A DNA stretch of 64,000 nt from an uncultured Actinomycetes bacterium. Its GTDB lineage: Bacteria > Actinomycetota > UBA4738 > HRBIN12. Positions 59,469 through 64,000 of the stretch are shown here, in pieces. The position numbers and the translations under genes were made by a program. Below the pieces are notes generated by a model. That model did not search any database. It saw nothing but the letters and a program-made list of their open reading frames with translations, and had not been told where the DNA came from. The stretch covers positions 21,526 to 85,525 of the forward strand of contig CAVSXK010000026.1 of the NCBI GenBank assembly GCA_963731925.1, in the 5' to 3' direction. How positions within the stretch are numbered: position 1 is the stretch's first letter; each line of letters opens with the position of its first letter.

Positions 59469-60266
59469 ATGCGGCTCGAAAACAAGGTGGCGATCGTGAG
59501 CGGCGGCGGAACGGGGATCGGTGCCGCGACCGCTCGCGTCTTCGCGAGGGAGGGCGCGAAGGTGGTCGTCACCGGCCGCCGCGCCGAACCCCTCGAGGCC
59601 GTCGCGGCCGAGATCGACGGGCGGGCCGTCGCCGGGGACACGTCCGACGACGATCACGTCCGGGCGGCCGTCGCCGCGGCGAGGGACGCGTTCGGAGGGC
59701 TCGACGTCGTCGTCGCGAACGCGGGACTGGGGTTCGGTGGCGCCGCCGCGGACGTCGACGACGAACGCTGGCAGCAGACGCTCGACGTGAACCTGACGGG
59801 GGCGTTCCGGCTGGCGCGAGCCGCCATCCCGTCGCTGGTCGAACGGGGCGGCGGCTCGATCGTCCTCGTCTCGAGCGTCTCGGCGCTCGTGAGCGGCACG
59901 GACGGCGCGGCGTACGTGACGTCGAAGGCGGCGATGCTCGGGCTCGCGCGCTCGATCGCCGTCGACTACGGGCCGAGCGGCATCCGCGCGAACGCCCTCT
60001 GTCCCGGCTGGGTCGAGACGCCGATGGGCGACCGGTCGATGGAGTCGCTGATGACCAAGCACGGCATCTCGCTGGGAGACGCGTATCGCCTGGTGACCCA
60101 GCACATCCCCCTGCGGCGACCCGCCACCGCGGACGAGATCGCGGCCTGCTGCCTGTTCCTCGCGAGCGACGAGTCGTCGATCGTGACGGGGACGACGCTC
60201 GTGGCCGACGGCGGTGGCCTGGCGGTCGACCTCACCGAGGTCGCGTGGCAGCAGGAGCGTCCGTGA
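59469..60266 (+). CDS. SDR family oxidoreductase
   Basis: VSGGGTGIG, NAG, YVTSKAA. Confidence 0.88.
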   Translation: MRLENKVAIVSGGGTGIGAATARVFAREGAKVVVTGRRAEPLEAVAAEIDGRAVAGDTSDDDHVRAAVAAARDAFGGLDVVVANAGLGFGGAAADVDDERWQQTLDVNLTGAFRLARAAIPSLVERGGGSIVLVSSVSALVSGTDGAAYVTSKAAMLGLARSIAVDYGPSGIRANALCPGWVETPMGDRSMESLMTKHGISLGDAYRLVTQHIPLRRPATADEIAACCLFLASDESSIVTGTTLVADGGGLAVDLTEVAWQQERP

Positions 60267-61033
60267 GCTTCGACCACTCGGGAAGGATCGCGTTCATCAC
60301 CGGGGCCGGTTCGGGCATCGGGCGGGCGACCGCCCTCCGCCTCGCGGCGCAGGGCGCGGCCGTCGCGGTCGTCGACATCCGGCTCGAGGCGGCCGAGGAG
60401 ACGGTTGCAGCGATCGCCGACGGCGGCGGGACCGGCGTGGCGTTCGACGCCGACGTGCGGGACCGTTCCGAGATCGAGAGCGCGCGGGACGGCGCGGTGA
60501 ACGCGTTCGGCCACGTGAACTACCTGGTGAACAACGCCGGTCTGGTCCGGATGTCGCCGCTCGACGAGCTCAGCGAGGACGAGTGGGACCTGGTCCTCGA
60601 CACGAACCTGAAGGGGATGTACCTCGTGACGCAGGCGATCGCCCCGGTGATCGCCGGTGCGGGCGGCGGCGCGATCGTGAACCTCGCGACGATCGAGTCC
60701 GAGGTCGTGGTCGCGTCGACCGGACACCCGCAAGTGCACTACAACGCGTCGAAGGGCGGGGTGAAGATGCTGACGAAGGCGCTCGCGGTCGAGCTCGCCG
60801 ATCGCAACATCCGCGTGAATGCGGTAGAGCCCGGGGCGATCGCGACCTCGTTCATCCCCGGAGGGAACCTCCGCTCCCCCGAGGCGTGGGCCTCGATGAA
60901 GGACCGGCTCCTGGTCCCGCGCGTCGGCGAGCCGGAGGACGTGGCCGCGGCGATCTCGTTCCTGCTCTCGGACGACGCGTCGTACATCACCGGGGCCATG
61001 CTGCCGGTCGACGGGGGGTGGCTCACGCGATGA
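60263..61033 (+). CDS. SDR family oxidoreductase (second, adjacent)
   Basis: ITGAGSGIG, NNAG, YNASKGG; GTG overlaps previous TGA. Confidence 0.85.
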   Translation: MSFDHSGRIAFITGAGSGIGRATALRLAAQGAAVAVVDIRLEAAEETVAAIADGGGTGVAFDADVRDRSEIESARDGAVNAFGHVNYLVNNAGLVRMSPLDELSEDEWDLVLDTNLKGMYLVTQAIAPVIAGAGGGAIVNLATIESEVVVASTGHPQVHYNASKGGVKMLTKALAVELADRNIRVNAVEPGAIATSFIPGGNLRSPEAWASMKDRLLVPRVGEPEDVAAAISFLLSDDASYITGAMLPVDGGWLTR

Positions 61034-62376
61034 CGCTCGACCTCGCGGATCTGGAAGGGTTCGGGACGGTGGTCGTGACATCGGCCGACGTGACGGGGCG
61101 GCCGGTCGGCAAACGCGTGTCCGTCGACGTGTTCCGACGGATCGTTCACGAGGGGATCCCGCTGAGTTCCTGCGTCCTCGGATGGGACGTCGACCAGTGG
61201 CCGGGGCCGGTGCAGGAGTACACGGGCCATCACACCGGTTGGCACGACGTCCGGCTCGTGCCGGATCTCGGGACCCTCCGGCCGGCGGCGTGGCTGGAGC
61301 GCACGGCGATCTGCCTCGCCGACTTCGCCGAGATGGGTTCGGACGAGCTCGCGCCGGTCGCGCCGCGCACGATCCTGCGGCGGCAGGTCGAGCGGCTGAC
61401 CGACGCCGGCCTCACCCCGCAGGTCGCGAGCGAGCTCGAGTTCTCGCTGTACCACGGCAGCTACGACGACGGTCGGATGAACGGCTACGAGACGCTCGTC
61501 CCCACCACGCTCGCGCGGGCCGACTACACGATCCAGGCGGGCGACCGGTACGAGGGCTTCTTCTCGGGCGTTCGGGACGCGCTCGCCGCCTCCGAACTCG
61601 GTCCGTGGACCAGCCAGGTCGAGTGGGGCCTCGGCCAGTGGGAGATCAACCTCGAGTACCGGAACGCGCTCGAGATGGCCGACCGCCACCTGCTGTTCAA
61701 GCTCGCGATGCGCACGCTCGCGTCGAACGCCGGCATGGCGGTCACGTTCATGGCACGGCCGTTCGCGAACACGACCGGCTCGTCGTGCCACCTGCATCTG
61801 TCGCTCGTCGACGGCGACGGCCGCAACGTCTTCCACGACGCGGAGGACGCCGACGGGATCTCGGCGACGCTCCGGCAGGCGATCGGCGGCGTCCTGGAGC
61901 GCGCGCCGGAGCTCATGCTCTTCTACGCGCCGACGGTGAACTCGTACCGGCGGACGACGAGCGGCGAGTTCTCGGGCAACGGCCTGTCGTGGGGGTTCGA
62001 CAGCCGGATGGTCTCGTGCCGAGTACTGACCGAATCGCCCGAGTCCACCCGCCTCGAGTGGCGCGTGCCCGGCGCCGACGTCGACCCGTACCTCGCGATC
62101 GCGGCGCTCCTCGCGTCGGCGCTCGACGGGATCGAGACGCAGTCCGACCCGGGTGAGCCATTGATGGGGAGCGACTTCGAGCGGCCGGTCACTCCGCTGC
62201 CCGTCACGCTGGGCGAGGCGGTCGAACGGTTCCGGGAGGGCTCGTTCGCGCCCGAGGTCCTCGGCAAGGACGTAGTGGCCCACTACGCGGAGGCCGGGCG
62301 ATGGGAGTGGGAGCAGTTCCTGTCCCCCACGGCCGTGGGTGAGTGGGAGCGACGGCGCTACTTCGACGTCATCTGA
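61030..62376 (+). CDS. glutamine synthetase family protein (GS-like / gamma-glutamyl-amine synthetase type)
   Basis: 448 aa; GS catalytic-domain motifs (..ELEFSLY..., ..SSCHLHLSL.., ..NSYRR..); ATG overlaps upstream TGA. Confidence 0.85.
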   Translation: MTLDLADLEGFGTVVVTSADVTGRPVGKRVSVDVFRRIVHEGIPLSSCVLGWDVDQWPGPVQEYTGHHTGWHDVRLVPDLGTLRPAAWLERTAICLADFAEMGSDELAPVAPRTILRRQVERLTDAGLTPQVASELEFSLYHGSYDDGRMNGYETLVPTTLARADYTIQAGDRYEGFFSGVRDALAASELGPWTSQVEWGLGQWEINLEYRNALEMADRHLLFKLAMRTLASNAGMAVTFMARPFANTTGSSCHLHLSLVDGDGRNVFHDAEDADGISATLRQAIGGVLERAPELMLFYAPTVNSYRRTTSGEFSGNGLSWGFDSRMVSCRVLTESPESTRLEWRVPGADVDPYLAIAALLASALDGIETQSDPGEPLMGSDFERPVTPLPVTLGEAVERFREGSFAPEVLGKDVVAHYAEAGRWEWEQFLSPTAVGEWERRRYFDVI

Positions 62377-62389
62377 GGGAGGTGCTCGT

Positions 62390-62773
62390 ATGGGCCAGGC
62401 GCAGGACGCCGAGCGGATCGGACCGGACGAGCTCGTCGAGATCGAGGGCCCTCCCGAGATCCACCGGCGTCAGGCGTTCGCGAAGCCGGGCCTGTGGGCG
62501 GGGCTCACGACGACCGAGCCCGGCCTCGTGAGCGGCTGGCACCACCACGGGGGCCACGACACGATCGTCTACGTGATCTCGGGGCACGTGGCGATCGAGT
62601 TCGGCGAGGGTGGTCGGCGGGCCGTCCAGGCCGGCGCCGGCGATTTCCTGGTGATCCCGAGCGGTCTCGTCCACCGCGAGAGCACGCCGGGACAGGAGCC
62701 CTCGCGGAGCGTCGTGATCCGAGCCGGCGGCGACGGCCCACCGACGATCGAGGTCGACGGGCCGTCGTCGTAA
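62390..62773 (+). CDS. cupin domain protein
   Basis: GWHHHGGHDTIVYVISGHVAIEFGEGG...GDFLVIPSGLVH. Confidence 0.7.
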   Translation: MGQAQDAERIGPDELVEIEGPPEIHRRQAFAKPGLWAGLTTTEPGLVSGWHHHGGHDTIVYVISGHVAIEFGEGGRRAVQAGAGDFLVIPSGLVHRESTPGQEPSRSVVIRAGGDGPPTIEVDGPSS

Positions 62774-62774
62774 C

Positions 62775-63735
62775 TCAGCCGACGAGCGCGTCGACGCGCT
62801 CGAACCACGTCGCGACAGAACGGACCGATCTCGTTGGGATCGTCGATGAACTGCGAAGGCTTGATGCAGATCGTCGAAAAGCCGCGTTCGAGCTGTGCGG
62901 GGATCGACGCGAGCGCCTCACCCAGGTCCGCGACCCCATCGGCATCGGCGAACCGGCCTCTCGTGCCGCCAACCATCTCGAGCTCGGCGGGGTCCCGGCC
63001 GGCGGCCACCATCGCCGAACGCACGCGCTCGAGGTCCTCGTCGCTCGGCGTTCCGAGTGGGTTGAACCCACTCCCGTATCCGACGAGGCGTCGCAGGAGA
63101 CGATCGTGCATGGTCTCGCCGCCGAACCACAGCGCCGGTCCCTGCTCTCGGAGGGGTTTGGGCTCGAGTGAGACCTCGGCGAACCGGTAGTGCCGGCCCT
63201 CGAACGACGCCGGCGTCTCGCGCCAGAGCACGCTCCATGCCGCCAGGTGCTCGTCGAGCAGCTCGCCCCGCCGCTCGAACGGCACCCCGAGTGCCTCGTA
63301 CTCGGGTCGGTGCCAGCTCACGGTCGGCTGGACGACGAGACGCCCCTCGGACAGGAGGTCGAGCGTCGCGAGCTGCTTGGCAAGCAGCAACGGGTGGCGG
63401 AGCGGCACGATGATCGAGCTCGCGACCAGCCGGAGCCGTGACGTCGCCGACGCGACGGCCGCGAGCAACGTGAGCGCATCCGGCCACGGCGTCGACGGGT
63501 CCTGGTTCCCCGGCAGCGCGTAGTCGCGGGGATTCTCGGGCACGCCCTTCGCGTCCGCCCCTTGGCCGAGCACGACGTGCTCGCTCACCATGACGGCGTC
63601 GAACCCCGACTCCTCAGCCTCGACGGCCATCCGAACGAGCGCTCGGAGGTCGCGCGCCGGGACGAGCGTCCAGTTCTCGCTCAGGATGAGGACGAGGCGG
63701 GGCCGAACCGCCCCGCCTCGTCCCGTACCCGTCAC
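62775..63735 (-). CDS. LLM-class F420-dependent oxidoreductase (luciferase-like monooxygenase), probable frameshift near 62800
   Basis: ..AVMVSEHVVLG..., ..LLAKQLATLDLLSEGRL.. LLM signatures; true C-terminus (..WFERVDALVG*) lies in a different frame (62775-63071 ORF). Confidence 0.7.
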
Positions 63736-63736
63736 G

Positions 63737-64000
63737 CTACGTGCGTAGGTCTGCCAGCGCGTCGCTCGCCGGCTCGCGCCCCTTGACCAGGGCCATGTAG
63801 ACCAGGCCGATCGCGAACCAGATCACCGCCGACCAGGGAGCGAGCAGCGTCGGGCTCGTCACCTTGTAGAACGACCCGAAGATCGCCGCCGCCGTGATCG
63901 CGATCCCCACGAGGGCCGCGACGATGAGTCCCGCGGTCGCCCTGTCCTCACCGACGCCTCGGAAGGCTCCGATGGACATCAGGAAGTAGACGACCAGCAA
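63737..64000 (-). CDS. C-terminal fragment of a polytopic membrane transporter (APC/amino-acid-permease-like), 5' end beyond window
   Basis: Hydrophobic C-terminal 87 aa ending at 63737. Confidence 0.5.
   Translation of the reverse strand: MLVVYFLMSIGAFRGVGEDRATAGLIVAALVGIAITAAAIFGSFYKVTSPTLLAPWSAVIWFAIGLVYMALVKGREPASDALADLRT

Noticed and set aside
58286-62283. 451-aa, 371-aa and 514-aa minus-strand ORFs opposite P450-flank/SDR/GS-like genes
   Set aside because: Antisense or alternate-frame artifacts.

Overview
High-GC (~70%) bacterial chromosome segment, most likely from an actinobacterial lineage. Evidence: tig-clpP-clpX ... valS-folC-ndk synteny, F420-type enzymes (LLM, DUF385), group-II truncated hemoglobin, Ku. 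The backbone is housekeeping: fabF 3' end, ndk, folC, valS, clpX, clpP, tig, a hisN-like IMPase, purE. It also carries a complete System-I cytochrome c maturation set split into two convergent operons (ccmABCD / ccmEFGHI), three tRNAs (Pro-TGG, Gly-TCC, Arg-TCT), a CopB-type P1B ATPase, a P450/SDR/GS-like/cupin cluster, and several cyclic-nucleotide signalling proteins (zinc-ribbon adenylate cyclase-ATPase-TPR, a stand-alone CNB protein, an MFS-CNB fusion).

The most interesting region is a ~9.5 kb segment (13460-22990) bracketed by a 43-nt direct repeat equal to the 3' half of tRNA-Pro. It contains a bona fide CarH/LitR-type B12 photoreceptor regulator (Wx9EH and DxHxxG motifs), a CPD photolyase, a heliorhodopsin, a furan-fatty-acid/singlet-oxygen-type lipid-modification cluster (CFA-synthase-like, DUF1365, FAD amine-oxidase-like, SDR), an SRPBCC protein and a truncated ogt remnant. 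No integrase is present. I read this as a decayed 'photoprotection island' in which heliorhodopsin is embedded in a light/ROS-response operon.

At least 12 genes show single-base frameshifts, typically in homopolymers. Among them valS is interrupted at 4 sites and an STPK and a LuxR-AAA-TPR regulator are heavily interrupted. Because the essential valS is affected, many of these are probably assembly indel errors rather than true pseudogenes. This cannot be decided from the sequence alone.

Many long antisense ORFs in the track are high-GC frame artifacts and were ignored.
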